64,000 nucleotides of DNA from Squalus acanthias. Its lineage: Eukaryota. How positions within the stretch are numbered: position 1 is the stretch's first letter; every line of letters starts with the position of its first letter. The notes below the pieces were generated by a model. That model was not told where the DNA came from. It did no database searches and saw only the letters and a list, made by a program, of their open reading frames with translations. Shown piece after piece: positions 25,301 through 36,127 of this stretch. Both the position numbers and the translations under genes were made by a program. Where the stretch lies: NCBI GenBank assembly GCA_030390025.1, contig JASTWF010000069.1, positions 930,001-994,000 on the forward strand, read 5' to 3'.

Positions 25301-27083
25301 CATATGCTTTGCTAACCACTTTCTCAATATGTCCCGCCACCTTCAGGGACCTATGCACATTAACTCCCAGGTCCCTCTTTCACTGCACACTCTTTAAAAC
25401 TGTGCCATTAAGTGTATATTGCCTCTCCCTGTTCCTTCTGCCAAAATGCATCACCTCACACTTCTCTGTATTAAATTCCATCTGCCACTTGTCTGCCCAT
25501 TCTGCTAGCCTTTCTATGTCCTGTTGCAGTCGATTGGTATCATCCTCACTGTTTGCCACACCCCCAAGTTTGGTGTTGTCGGCAAATTTAGAAATTCTAC
25601 TCTGTATTCCAATATCCAGGACATTTATATATATCAAAAAAAGCAGTGGCCCCAGCACTGACCCTTGGGGAACACCACTGTCTACCATCCTCCAGTCTGA
25701 AAAACAGCCATTTACCACAACTCGCTGTTTTCTGTCCTTAAGCCAATTCCTTATCCAAGCTGCCACTGACCCACCTATTCCATGAGCCTCAATTTTGTTA
25801 ACCAGCCTTCTATGTGGTACTTTGTCAAACGCCTTCCCAAAATCCATGTAGACAACATCCATTTCATTCCCTTCATCAATCCTCCCTGTTACTTCAACAA
25901 AAAAATCAATTAGATTAGTCAAACACGATCTGCCTTTTACAAATCTGTGTTGGCTCTCCTTAATTAGCTTAAACCTCACCAAGTGTCCGATAATTTTTTC
26001 CTTGATTATTGTTTCTAAAATTTTACCCAACACTGATGTTAAACTGAATGGACTGTAGTTACTAGGATTGTCCTTACACCCTTTCTTGAACAATGGTTTC
26101 ACATTTGCCACTTTCCAATCTTCAGGCACCTCCCCCGCATCTAGGGAAGATTGGAAAATTATGGCAAGCCCTTCCGCTCTCTCCTCCCCCAATTCCCTTA
26201 GGAAGCCTAAACCTCTTGTTTGCTCTTCAGCCTCCCGATTGTCTAAGCTGGTGAATTTTGGATCCTCATTGTCTAAGGAATCACTTTGGATCCTCATTGT
26301 CTAAGGAATCACTTTGGATTCATGTCTAAGGAATCACTTTGGATCCTCATTGTCTAAGGACTATCTTTGGATCCTCATTGTCTAAGGAATCACTTTGGAT
26401 TCTCATTGTCTATGAAATATAACTGCACAGCAGATCAGAGGCAAACAGAGAAACTATATATATGACACCTTTATACACTTCCTGTCTTGTTTGCTTGTTA
26501 TCTTAACCACATCTTGCACCCTTACCATGGTATGAGGACTGAACTGCCTGTCTATTCTAAGCGCTGCTGTGTTGTTGTCATGGTGACCTGTAACTAAAAT
26601 TTGGATCTCTGCGCTCCTTCAATTCTGGCCTCTTGTCCATCCCCGAGTTTTAGGGAGGGAATTCCAGAGCTTAGGGTCGAGACGGCTGAAGGCACGGCCG
26701 CCATTGGTGGAGCGATGGAAATCGGGGAGGCACAAGAGGCCAGAATGGGTGGAACGCAGAGATCCCGGAGGCTTGCAGGGCTGGAGGAGGTTACAGAGAT
26801 AGTGAGGCAGGGGGCGAGGCCATGGAGCGATTTGAAGACGAGGATGAGGATTTTAAATTTGGGGCGTTGCCGGACCGGGAGCCAATGTAGATCAGCGAGC
26901 GCAGGGTTGATCTGTGAACGGGACTTGGTGCGAGTTAGGACACTGGGTCACTGCTGAATTTGGTCCCCAATCATAGCTCAATAAGAATGATCTTTCACAA
27001 AGACTATTAACCATAAATATGTCCGAGCTGACGATGATATTACCTTGGAGAAGTGACAGGAGGAAGTAAGATTTCCTGATCAT
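13146..27083 (-). CDS. Siglec-family receptor copy A (CD33-related/MAG/CD22-like), 5 coding exons, 391 aa, V-C2-C2-TM, predicted activating
   Basis: exons 27083-27044, 20959-20594, 19232-18939, 18210-17929, 13339-13146; all GT-AG, all phase 1; total 1176 nt, open frame. Confidence 0.85.
13395..15670 (-). mobile_element. CR1 LINE with endonuclease and RT regions, frameshifted
   Basis: [20 protein letters not shown] (endonuclease), [21 protein letters not shown] (RT). Confidence 0.92.
15686..16040 (+). mobile_element. fragment of a second CR1-type LINE family
   Basis: [20 protein letters not shown] motif. Confidence 0.7.
16262..16680 (-). repeat. 98-bp tandem repeat (about 4.2 copies) made from a CR1 ORF2 segment
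   Basis: ttaacc/ttaatc at 16265, 16363, 16461, 16559, 16657; unit is antisense to the [17 protein letters not shown]-coding region. Confidence 0.85.
16681..17830 (+). mobile_element. 5'-truncated CR1 LINE with 3' microsatellite tail
   Basis: [18 protein letters not shown]; ends ctctatgactctatga. Confidence 0.92.
17929..18210 (-). CDS. Siglec A exon 4: Ig C2-set domain 3
   Basis: (Y)[29 protein letters not shown]...[12 protein letters not shown]; acceptor ttgtctttag, donor gtgagt; 282 nt. Confidence 0.9.
18330..18895 (+). mobile_element. Deu-domain (SacSINE1-like) SINE with internal 33-bp tandem expansion
   Basis: (gggagcgccgcactgtcggaggggcagtactga)n followed by gtcttt..atgagacattaaaccgagg..ctctcaggtggatgtaaaagatcccatg. 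Confidence 0.75.
18939..19232 (-). CDS. Siglec A exon 3: Ig C2-set domain 2
   Basis: [39 protein letters not shown]; acceptor tgttag, donor gtaagt; 294 nt. Confidence 0.92.
19320..19800 (+). mobile_element. CR1 3' fragment in intron 2 (mirrored at ~62990-63465)
   Basis: [34 protein letters not shown]. Confidence 0.85.
20045..20312. mobile_element. two oppositely oriented SINE 3' fragments (mirrored at ~62478-62745)
   Basis: tggctgtgaagcgctttgg..cctgagg..gaaag tail present in both orientations. Confidence 0.65.
20594..20959 (-). CDS. Siglec A exon 2: sialic-acid-binding V-set domain
   Basis: [40 protein letters not shown]: Siglec Cys pattern and F-strand Arg (20655-20657); 366 nt, AG/GT. 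Confidence 0.93.
21741..24906 (+). mobile_element. PIF/Harbinger DNA transposon derivative: Myb/SANT gene kept, transposase largely deleted, right end lost
   Basis: starts aggctggatttt; absent from the right arm; encodes a Myb/SANT-like protein; about 65 bp of flanking CR1 is missing at the right junction. Confidence 0.75.
22012..23757 (+). CDS. Myb/SANT-like (trihelix) DNA-binding protein of Harbinger type; exons 22012-22251, 22576-22735, 22892-23757
   Basis: APRFDE..L..LV..LFP...W..VA..VN.....[12 protein letters not shown] | [18 protein letters not shown]; GT-AG introns in compatible phases, 1266 nt; coiled-coil-like C-terminal part; probable frameshift before the ancestral end at 23959. 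Confidence 0.75.
26260..26412. repeat. 28-bp tandem repeat (ggatcctcattgtctaaggaatcacttt), mirrored at ~58606-58712
   Basis: direct repeats, about 5 copies on the left and 4 on the right. Confidence 0.85.
26600..26945 (-). mobile_element. L2 LINE 3' fragment (mirrored at ~57657-58000)
   Basis: encodes ..LADLHWLPV....[14 protein letters not shown], typical L2 C-terminus. Confidence 0.75.
27044..27083 (-). CDS. Siglec A exon 1: signal peptide [13 protein letters not shown](A)
   Basis: ATG, hydrophobic core, CAAG|gtaat phase-1 donor joining to (G)CT GTA TTG TCA; identical in both arms. Confidence 0.8.
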
Positions 27084-27904
27084 TGTCCACTCCCAGATAT
27101 TTCATCAACTTCTCACTCTCAAGGTCTGAAAGAGAAAGGAGTTAATGAGACCTCACCTCTTGCCCGACAGCTCTCGAGAGATCAAAACTGCTTTGAGACT
27201 ATGTCTTCACTAATTTTACTCACTGTGGGATGATAGGTGCTCTGCAGTGAGTTACAAGGCTTTAAGAAAGAAAAACAAAGGAATACTTGCATTTCTCCAG
27301 ACACTTTCACCACCTTAGGACATCCCAAATAGCCTCACAGCCAATGAAGTACTTCTTACAGTGTAGTCACTGTTGTAATGTAGAAAACGCGGCAGCCAAA
27401 TTGCACACAGCAAGATTCCACAGACGGCGATGGGATAAACGGTCAGACTGTCTGTACTTGATGTTACCGAAACTCACTGCTTGGGTCGAATGGCCTCTTC
27501 CTGTGCTGCACCCTCTGTGTATTCAATTAGAAAGGGTTGATGTGTCGCTGTGAGTTAAATCAGGAAGCGGGCAACAAGTGAGAAAACATCACTTTGTCCG
27601 GCCCTATAAGCAAACTGTTAACCCTTTGTGTCCTGACACTCTGAAGATATTTCTGCTGGAAGCTGGGCAGCCGTTGCCATGGAGTTTCCACCGGGGCTCA
27701 GTGGGTTTAACTCTCTTTCTCTCCCTCTCTCTCTCCCTCTCTCTTTCTCTCGCCTCTGAGTCAGAAGGTTGTGGGCTCAGAGACTTTTGAGTGATGCTGG
27801 TTGAGGGATAAATATTGGCCCCAGGACACCGGAGAGAACTCCTCCTGAGCTAAGGAAATACGTCATTTCTAGATTGCTAGATTATTGATGGTTAATGATG
27901 TCAA

Positions 27905-30600
27905 TGGTGTGGGGCTGAATGGGCCTCCACCTGTTCCTGTGTAACAGGCTCGAGGGGCTGAATGGGCCTCCTCCTGTTCCTGTGTAACAGGCTCGAGGGA
28001 CTGAATGGGCTTCCTCCTGTTCCTATGTAACTGGCTTGAGGGACTGACTGGTCCTCCTCCTGTTCCTGTGCAACAGGCTCGAGGGGCCTGAATGAGCCTC
28101 CTCCTGTTCCTGTGCAACAGGCTCGAGGGGGCTGAATGGGCCTCCTGCTGTTCCTGTGCAACAGGATCGAGGGGCTGAATGGGCCTCCTCCTGTTCCTGT
28201 GTAACAGGCTCGAGGGGCTGAATGGGCCTCCTCCTGTTCCTATGGAACAGGCTCGAGGGGCTGAATGAGACTCCTCCTGTTCCTGTGTAGCAGGCTCGAG
28301 GGTCAAATGGACCTCCTCCTGTTCCTGTGTAACAGGCTCGAGGGACTGAATGGGCCTCCTCCTGTTCCTGTGTAACAGGCTCGAGGGGCTGAATGGGCCT
28401 CCTCCTGTTCCTGTGTAACAATCTCGAGGGGCTGAATGGGCCTCCTCCTGTTCCTGTGTAACAATCTCGAGGGGCTGAATGTGCCTCCTCCTGTATCTGT
28501 GTAACAGTCTCGAGGGGCTGAATGTGCCTCCTCCTGTATCTGTGTATCAGGCTCGAGAGGCTGGGTGGGCCTCCTCCTGTTGCTGTGTAACAGGCTCGTG
28601 GGGCTGAATGGGCCTCCACCTGTTCCTGTGTAACAGGCTCGAGGAGGCTGATTGGGACTCCTCCTGTTCCTGTGTAACAGTCTCGAGGGGCTGAATGGGC
28701 CTCCTCCTGTTCCTGTGTAACAGGCTCGAGGGGCTGAATGGGCCTCCACCTGTTCCTGTGTAACAGGCTCGAGGAGGCTGATTGGGACTCCTCCTGTTCC
28801 TGTGTAACAGTCTCGAGGGGCTGAATGGGCCTCCTCCTGTTCCTGTGTAACCGGCTCGAGGGGATGAATGTGCCTCCACCTGTTCCTGTGTAACAGGCTC
28901 AAGGGGCTGAATGGAGCTCCTCCTGTTCCTGTGTAACAGTCTCGAGGAACTGAATTGGCCTCCTCTTGTTCCTGTGTAACAGGCTCGAAGGTCTGAATCT
29001 GCCTTCTCCTGTTTCTGTGTAACTGGCTCCTTGTTCTGAATCGGCCTCCTCCTGTTCTTGTGTAACAGGCTCGAGGTGCTGAATGGCCTCCTGTTGGTGT
29101 GTAACAGGCTCGAGGGGCTGAATGGGCCACCTCCAGTTCCTTTGTAACAGTCTCGATGGGCTGAATGGGCCTTCTCCTGTTCCTATGCAACAGCCTTGAG
29201 GGTCTGAATGTGCCTCCTCCTGTTCCTATGTAACTGGCTCGAGGGGCTAAATGGATCTCCTCCTGTTCCTGTGTAACAGGCTCGAGGGGCTGAATGGGCC
29301 TCCTCCTGTTCCTATGTAACTGGCTCGAGGGGCTGAATGGGCCTCCTCCTGTTCCTATGTAACAGCCTTGAGGGTCTGAATGTGCCTACTCCTGTTCTGT
29401 GTAACAGGCTTGAGGGGCTGAATGGGCCTCCTCCTGTTCCTGTGTAACAGGCTGAAGGTGCTGAAAGGGCCTCCTCCTGTACCTGTGTATCAGACTCGAG
29501 GGGCTGAATGGGCCTCCACATGTTCCTGCGTAGGAGGCTCAAGGGGCTGAATGTGCCTCCTCCTGTTCCTATGTAATAGTCTCGAGGGGGCTGAATGGGC
29601 CTCCTCCTGCCCCTTTGAAACAGGCTCAAGTGCCTGAATGTTCCTCCTCCTGCTCAACAGGCTCGAGGGGCTAAATGGGCCTCCTCCTGTTCCTGCGTAA
29701 CAGGCTCGAGGGGCTGAATGGGCCTCCTCCTGCTCCTGTGTAAGAGGCTCAAGGGGCTGAATGGGCCTCCTCCTGTTCCTAAATAACATGCTCGAAGGTC
29801 TGAATGGGCCTCCTCCTATTCCTGTGTAACAGGCTCGAGGGGCTGAATGGGCCTCCTCCTGTTCCTATGGTAACAGGCTCGAGGGGCTGAATGGCCTCCT
29901 CCTGTTCCTGTGTATCAGGCTCAGGGGGCTGATTGGGCCTCCTCCTGTAACTGTGTAACAGTCTCGAGGGGCTGAATGGGCCTCCTCCTGTTCCTATGGT
30001 AACAGGCTCGATGGGCTGAATGGCCTCCTCCTGTTCCTGTGTATCAGGCTCAGGGGGCTGATTGGGCCTCCTCCTGTAACTGTGTAACAGTCTCGAGGGG
30101 CTGACTGGGCCTCCTCCTGTTCTGTGTTGCAGGCTTGAGAGGCTGAGGGGCCTCTACCTGTTCCTCTGTAACAGGCTCAGTGGTCTGAATGGGCCTACTC
30201 CAGTTCCTATGGAACAGGCTCGAGGGGCTGAATGGGTCTCCTCCTGTTCCTGTGTAGCAGGCTCGAGCGGGCTGTATGGGACTCCTCCTGTACCTGTGTG
30301 AAAGTCTCGAGGGGCTGAATGGGACTCCTCCTGTTCCTGTGTAACAGGCTCGATGGGGCTGAATGGGCTCCTCCTGTTCCTGTGTAACAGGCTCGAGGGG
30401 CTGAATGGGCCTCCTCCTGTTCATGTGTCACAGGCTCGAGGGGGCTGAATGGGCCTCCTACTGCTCCTGTGTAACAGGCTCGAGGGGCTGAATGGGACTC
30501 CTCCTTTTCTTGTGTAACAGTCTCGAGGGACTGAATTGGCCTCCTCCTGTTCCTGTGTAACAGGCTCGAGGGGCTGAATGGACCTCCTCCTGTTCCTGTG
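27905..30600 (+). repeat. 43-bp minisatellite array
   Basis: direct tandem repeats. Confidence 0.95.
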
Positions 30601-31541
30601 TGCAGTGGAGCAGCGGTGCTCTTCAGGAATTAAGGGGTTAACAATGAAGCTTGCAAACTAGACAGACCAGCGGGGACAGGTCAGACACGCTGACCACAAG
30701 GTCCCAGTGCTTTTGCAAGATCAGATGAAACTAGCTCAGCAGCACCAACCACAAACTATGGAACCTGGAGATCAGTAACACCACTCGGGGCCACAGCGAG
30801 ACAGAAATGCAGACATGTGGTTTTACTAAAGCTCACAAAATTATAACAACAGGTGAGATCATAAAGATCATGTGACAATAAATATAGGCGAACGGTCATG
30901 TGACACGAGATAGGGAATTTTCCAATCAGCAACACTGCCCGCGGGCTTTAAGCCAATTAAAACAGTGTAACGGGATTGTGTACGAGGTTACCACGACCTT
31001 TGAACGCATAAATATGTAACGCTTACTGTATCATTTCGGAGAAGTCTCCTGGTGCGTCAGTAAGAGATTCTCTCCCCACCGGTGGAATAAAGACTTTTCA
31101 TTTGTACCGGACAGACTTGTGTCGAGTGTTGAATAAATACTCCACGTCAATTGGCGTAGTCGGCAGGAACCACCCGGAGGACAAACTACTGACCGAGGCG
31201 GACCAACACGGAGTGCGTACGTTAAAATACCACTCTAAAATCTGATGGCATCTGTGCCGTGAAGTGTAAGTCCGCCAGGGGATTCGAATGAAGTCAAAAG
31301 TCTGAGGACAAATTAAAAGATCTTAAAAGTTAAGACCCCAGTGGCACTGTGGGCATTTGAAAGGTAAGACCCCAATAGGACTGTGGCTGCTTCTAAGGAA
31401 GAGGACTGGGGACCAGAAGGGCCTCTAACTAAGTTTTTCACCGATGTGTGATATGTGCCCAGCATAATCCGGGGAAAGCACTGAAGGTACGACTGTCGCA
31501 TCGGCCACGCCCGAGGGGGCCGTGGGAGAATTTACAGATGG
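30601..31541 (+). mobile_element. duplicated ERV 5' fragment: LTR 30601-31149, PBS 31152-31168, leader and integrase start
   Basis: near-identical to 34245-35185; cut off at an atgg microhomology into the minisatellite. Confidence 0.9.
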
Positions 31542-34244
31542 CCTCCTCCTGCTCAACAGGCTGAATGGGCTTCCTCCTGATCCTATTGTAACAGGCTCGA
31601 GAGACTGAATGAGCCTCCTCCTGTTCTTATGTAACATGCTCGAGGGGCTGAATGGGCCTCCTCCTGTTCCTATGTAACAGCCTTGAGGGTCTGAATGTGC
31701 TTCTTCCTGTTCCTTTGTAACAGGCTCGAGGGGCTGAATGGGCCTCCTCCTCTTCCTGTGCAACAGTCTCGAGGGACTGAATGGGCCTCCTCCTGCTCAA
31801 CAGGCTTGAGGGTCTGAATGTGCCTCCTCCTGTTCCTGTGTAACAGACTCGAGGTGCTGAATGGGCCACCTCCTGTTCCTAAGTAACCGGCTCGAAGGTC
31901 TGAATGGGCCTCCTCCTGTTTCTGTGTAAAAGGCTCCTTGGTCTGAATGGGCCTCCTCCTGTTCCTGTGTAACAGGCTCGAGGTGGTGAATGGGCCTCCT
32001 CCTGTTCCTGTGTAACAGGCCCGAGGGGCTGAATGGGCCTCCTCCTGTTCCTGTGTAACAGGCTCGAGGGGCTGAATGGGCCTCCTCCTGTTCCTGTGTA
32101 ACAGGCTCGAGGGGCTGAATGGGCCTCCTCCTGTTCCTAAGGCAACAGGCTCGAGGGGATAAAAGGGCCTCCTCCTGTTCCTGTGTAACAGGCTCGATGG
32201 ACCGAATGGGCCTCCTCCTGTTCTTGTGTAACAGGCTCGAGGGGCTGAATGGGCCTCCTCCTGTTCCTGTGTAACAGGCTCAAGGTGCTGAAAGGGCCTC
32301 CTCCTGTTCTGTGTAGCAGGCTCAAGGGGCTGAATGTGCCTCCTCCTGTTCCTATGTAATAGTCTCGAGGGGTTGAATGGGCCTCCTCCAGTTCCTTTGA
32401 AACAGGCTCAAGGGGCTAAATGGGCTTCATCCTGATCCAATGGAACAGGCACGAGGGGCTGAATGGGCCACCTCCTGTTCCTGTATAACAGGCTCGAAGG
32501 GCTGAACGGGCCTCCTCCTGTTCCTGTGTAGCAGGCTCAAGGGGCTGAATGGGCCTCCTCCTGTTCCTGTGTAACAAACTAGAGGGGCTGACTGGTCCTC
32601 CTCCTGTTCTGTGTAGCAGGCTCGAGAGTCTCAAGGGCCACCACCTGTTCCTCTGTAACAGGCTCATTGTATGAATGGGCCTCCTCCTGTTCCTGTGTAA
32701 CAGGCTCGAGGGGCTGAATGGGCCTCCTCCTGTTCCTGTGTAACAGGCTCCTTACTCTGAATGGGCTTCCTCCTGTTCCTGTGTAACAGTCTCGAGGGGC
32801 TGAATGGGCCTCCGCCTGCTCCTGTGTAACAGGCTCGAGGGGCTGAATGGGCCTCCTCCTTTACCTGTGGTAACAGGCTCGAGGGGCTGAATGGCCTCCT
32901 CCTGTTCCTGTGTAGCAGGCTCAAGGGGCTGATTGGGCCTCCTCCTGTTCCTGTGTAACAGACTCGAGGGGCTGACTGGGCCTCCTCCTGTTCTGTGTAG
33001 CAGGCTCGAGAGGCTGAGGGGCCTCCACCTGTTCCTCTGTAACAGGCTCAGTGGTCTGAATGGGCCTACTCCAGTTCCTATGGAACAGGCGTGAGGGGCT
33101 GAATGTGTCTCCTCTGGTTCCTATGTAGAAGGCTCGAGGGGGCTGTATGGGACTCCTGCTGCTCCTGTTTAACAGGCTCGATGGGCTGAATGGGCCTCCG
33201 CCTGTTCCTTTGTAACAGGCTCGAGGGGCTGAATGGGCCTCCTCCTGTTCTTGTGTAACAGGCTCGAGGGGCTGAATGGGCCTCCCCCTGTTCCTGTTTA
33301 ACAGGGTCGAGGGGCTGAATGGGCCTCCTCCTGTTCCTGTGTAACAGGCTCGACGGGCTGAATGGGCCTCCTCCTGTTCCTGTGTAACAGGCTCGAGGGG
33401 CTGAATGGGCCTCCTCCTGTTCCTGTGTAACAGGCTCGAGGTGCTGAATAGCCTCCTCCTGCTCATATGTAACAGGCTCGAGGGTCTGAATGGGCCTCCT
33501 CCTGTTCCTCTGTAACAATCTCGTGGGGCAGAATGGGCCTCCTCCTGTTCCTGCGTAACAGGCTCGAGGGGCTGAATGGATCTCCTCTTGTTTCTGTGTA
33601 ACTGGCTCGAGGGGCGGAATGGGCCTCCTCCTGTTCCTGTGTAACAGGCTCGAGGCGCTGAATAGGCCTCCTCCTGTTCCTGTGTAACAGGCTCGAGGGG
33701 CTGAATGGGGCTCCTCCTGTTCCTGTGTAACAGGCTCGAGGGGGCTGAATGGGCCTCCGCCTGTTCCTATGCAACAGGTTCGAGAGGCTGAATGGGCCTC
33801 CACCTGTTCCTGTGTAACAGGCTCTAGTGGCTGAATGGGCCTCCTTTTGTTCCTGTGTTAGAGGCTCGAGGGGCTGAATGGGCCTCCTCCTGTTCCTGTG
33901 TAACAGGTTCGAGGGGCTGAATGGGCCTCCTCCTTTTCCTGTGTCACAGTCTCGATGGTCTGAATGGGCCTCCACCTTTTCCTATGTCACAGGCTCAAGG
34001 GTCTGAATGGGCCTCCTCCTGTTTATGTGCAACAGGCTCCTTGGTCTGAACAGGCCTCCTCCTGTTCCTGTGTAACAGGCGCGAGAGGCTGAATGGGCCT
34101 CCTCATGTTCCTGTGCAACAGGCTCGAGGGGCTGAATGGGCCTCCTCCTGTTCCTGTGTAACAGGCTCGAGGTGCTGAATGGGCCTCCTCCTGTTCCTGT
34201 GTAACAGACTCCTTGGTCTGAATGGGCCTCCTCCTGTTCCTGTG
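31542..34244 (+). repeat. 43-bp minisatellite array
   Basis: direct tandem repeats sharing variant units with 27905-30600. Confidence 0.95.
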
Positions 34245-34795
34245 TGAAGTGGAGCAGCGGTGCTCTTCAGGAATTAAGGGGTTAACAATGCAGCTTGCAA
34301 ACTAGACAGATCAGCGGGGACAGGTCAGACACGCTGACCACAAGGTCCCGATGCTTTTGCAAGATCAGATGAAACTAGCTCAGAAGCACCAACCACAAAC
34401 TATGGAACCTGGAGATCAGTAACACCACTCGGGGCCACAGCGAGACAGAAATGCAGACATGTGGTTTTACTAAAGCTCACAAAATTAGAACAACAGGTGA
34501 GATCATAAAGATCATGTGACAATAAATATAGGCGAACGGTCATGTGACGCGAGATAGGGAATTTTCCAATCAGCAACACTGCCCGCGGGCTTTAAGCCAA
34601 TTAAAACAGTGTAACGGGATTGTTCACGAGGTTACCATGACCTTTGAACGCATAAATATGTAACGCTTACCGTATCATTTCGGAGAAGCCTCCTGGTGCG
34701 CCAGTAAGAGATTCTCTCCCCACCGGTGGAATAAAGACTTTTCATTTGTACCGGACAGACTTGTGTCGAGTGTTGAATAAATACTCCACGTCAAT

Positions 34796-34812
34796 TGGCG
34801 TAGTCGGCAGGA
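34796..34812 (+). promoter_or_regulatory. primer binding site complementary to the tRNA-Ser 3' end
   Basis: TGGCGTAGTCGGCAGGA, 2 nt after the LTR end. Confidence 0.8.
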
Positions 34813-35091
34813 ACCACCCGGAGGACAAACTACTGACCGAGGCGGACCATCACGGAGTGCGTACGTTAAAATACCACTCTAAAATCTGATGGCATCTGTG
34901 CCGTGAAGTGTCAGTCCGCCGGGGGATTCGAATGAAGTCAAAAGTCTGAGGACAAATTAAAAGATCTTAAAAGTTAAGACCCCAGTGGCACTGTGGGCAT
35001 TTGAAAGGTAAGTCCCCAGTGGGACTGTGGCTGCTTCTAAGGAAGAGGACTGGGGACCAGAAGGGCCTCTAACTAAGTTTTTCACCGATGT

Positions 35092-36068
35092 GTGATATGT
35101 GCCCAGCATAATCCGGGGAAAGCAGTGAAGGTACGACTGTCGCATCGACCACGTCCTAGGGGCCCGTGGGAGAATTTACAGATGGATTTTACTGGGCCAC
35201 TACCCAGTTCTCGGGGTGGGGGGAAGAAATCCCGTCTAGTGATGATTGATCAGTTCACACGGTGGGTGGAAACATTTGCTCCCCGCAATTGCACTGCCAC
35301 CACTGTGGGAAAAATATTGGCAGACGAGGTGATTCCCCACTGGGGAATCCTGACACAAATTGGCTCGGATCAAGGGACACACTTTACCGGAAAGGTCATC
35401 AAAGAATTGTGTCCAATGATGGGTATTAAAGAGAAGTTCCACATCCCCTACCACCCCCAGAGTTCGGGAATGGTAGAGAGGATGAACCGCACGTTGAAAA
35501 CATCATTGGCCAAAGCCATCCAGGAGACAGCTCAATCCTGGTCGGAATTGTTGCCCACCATCCACATGAGGTTGCGTGCAACCCCCTAATCGGACCGCGG
35601 GGCTAACCCCCTCGGAGCTGATGACAGGGCGAGCTGTGAAATTACCGGGAGGGAATGGTAACGGGAGGATCAGATCTTGGCCCACTAAGGGACCAGATCC
35701 GACGGTACGTAATGGGATTGAGTAAACAACTAAAAGGATTACGACAGGAGGTAAGGGAGCAACAAGAGTGTGCAGACCAAAACCAGGATACGGGGTGTCC
35801 GGCATACGGGCCACAAGTAGGAGAGAAGGTTATGGTTAAGGGTCTGCCCGGGCGAACGGGGTTCGCCCCTCGGTGGACCGGGCCGTACGAGGTCTTAATA
35901 AGCGGGGACACGTGCGCATGCTTAGATATGAGGGGAAAGGGTAGGTGGAAACATTGGAGCCAACTAAAGCAAGACAACAATAACCCACCTGACCTTAAAT
36001 CCCACAGGAACAATGGAATAAACACCGGAGATAAACTAACATCTGGTGACGAGCAGATTTCTGCTTAA
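35092..36068 (+). pseudogene. pol: retroviral integrase (core and C-terminal domain), disrupted
   Basis: PWENLQMDFTGPLP, IDQFTRWVE, GSDQGTHFTG, YHPQSSGMVERMNRTLK (DDE triad); FAPRWTGPYEV (GPY/F). Confidence 0.9.
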
Positions 36069-36127
36069 GTTCCAGGTAAGATGGGCCTTGGACGCCAGAG
36101 GCACCCACCCTAAGTTCTACCCACAGA

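Larger units (their letters stand above)
21575..26205 (-). mobile_element. CR1 LINE in intron 1, split by a Harbinger element (paralog of 58785-60309)
   Basis: 3' tail at 21575-21740, RT ORFs at 24915-26297. Confidence 0.88.
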
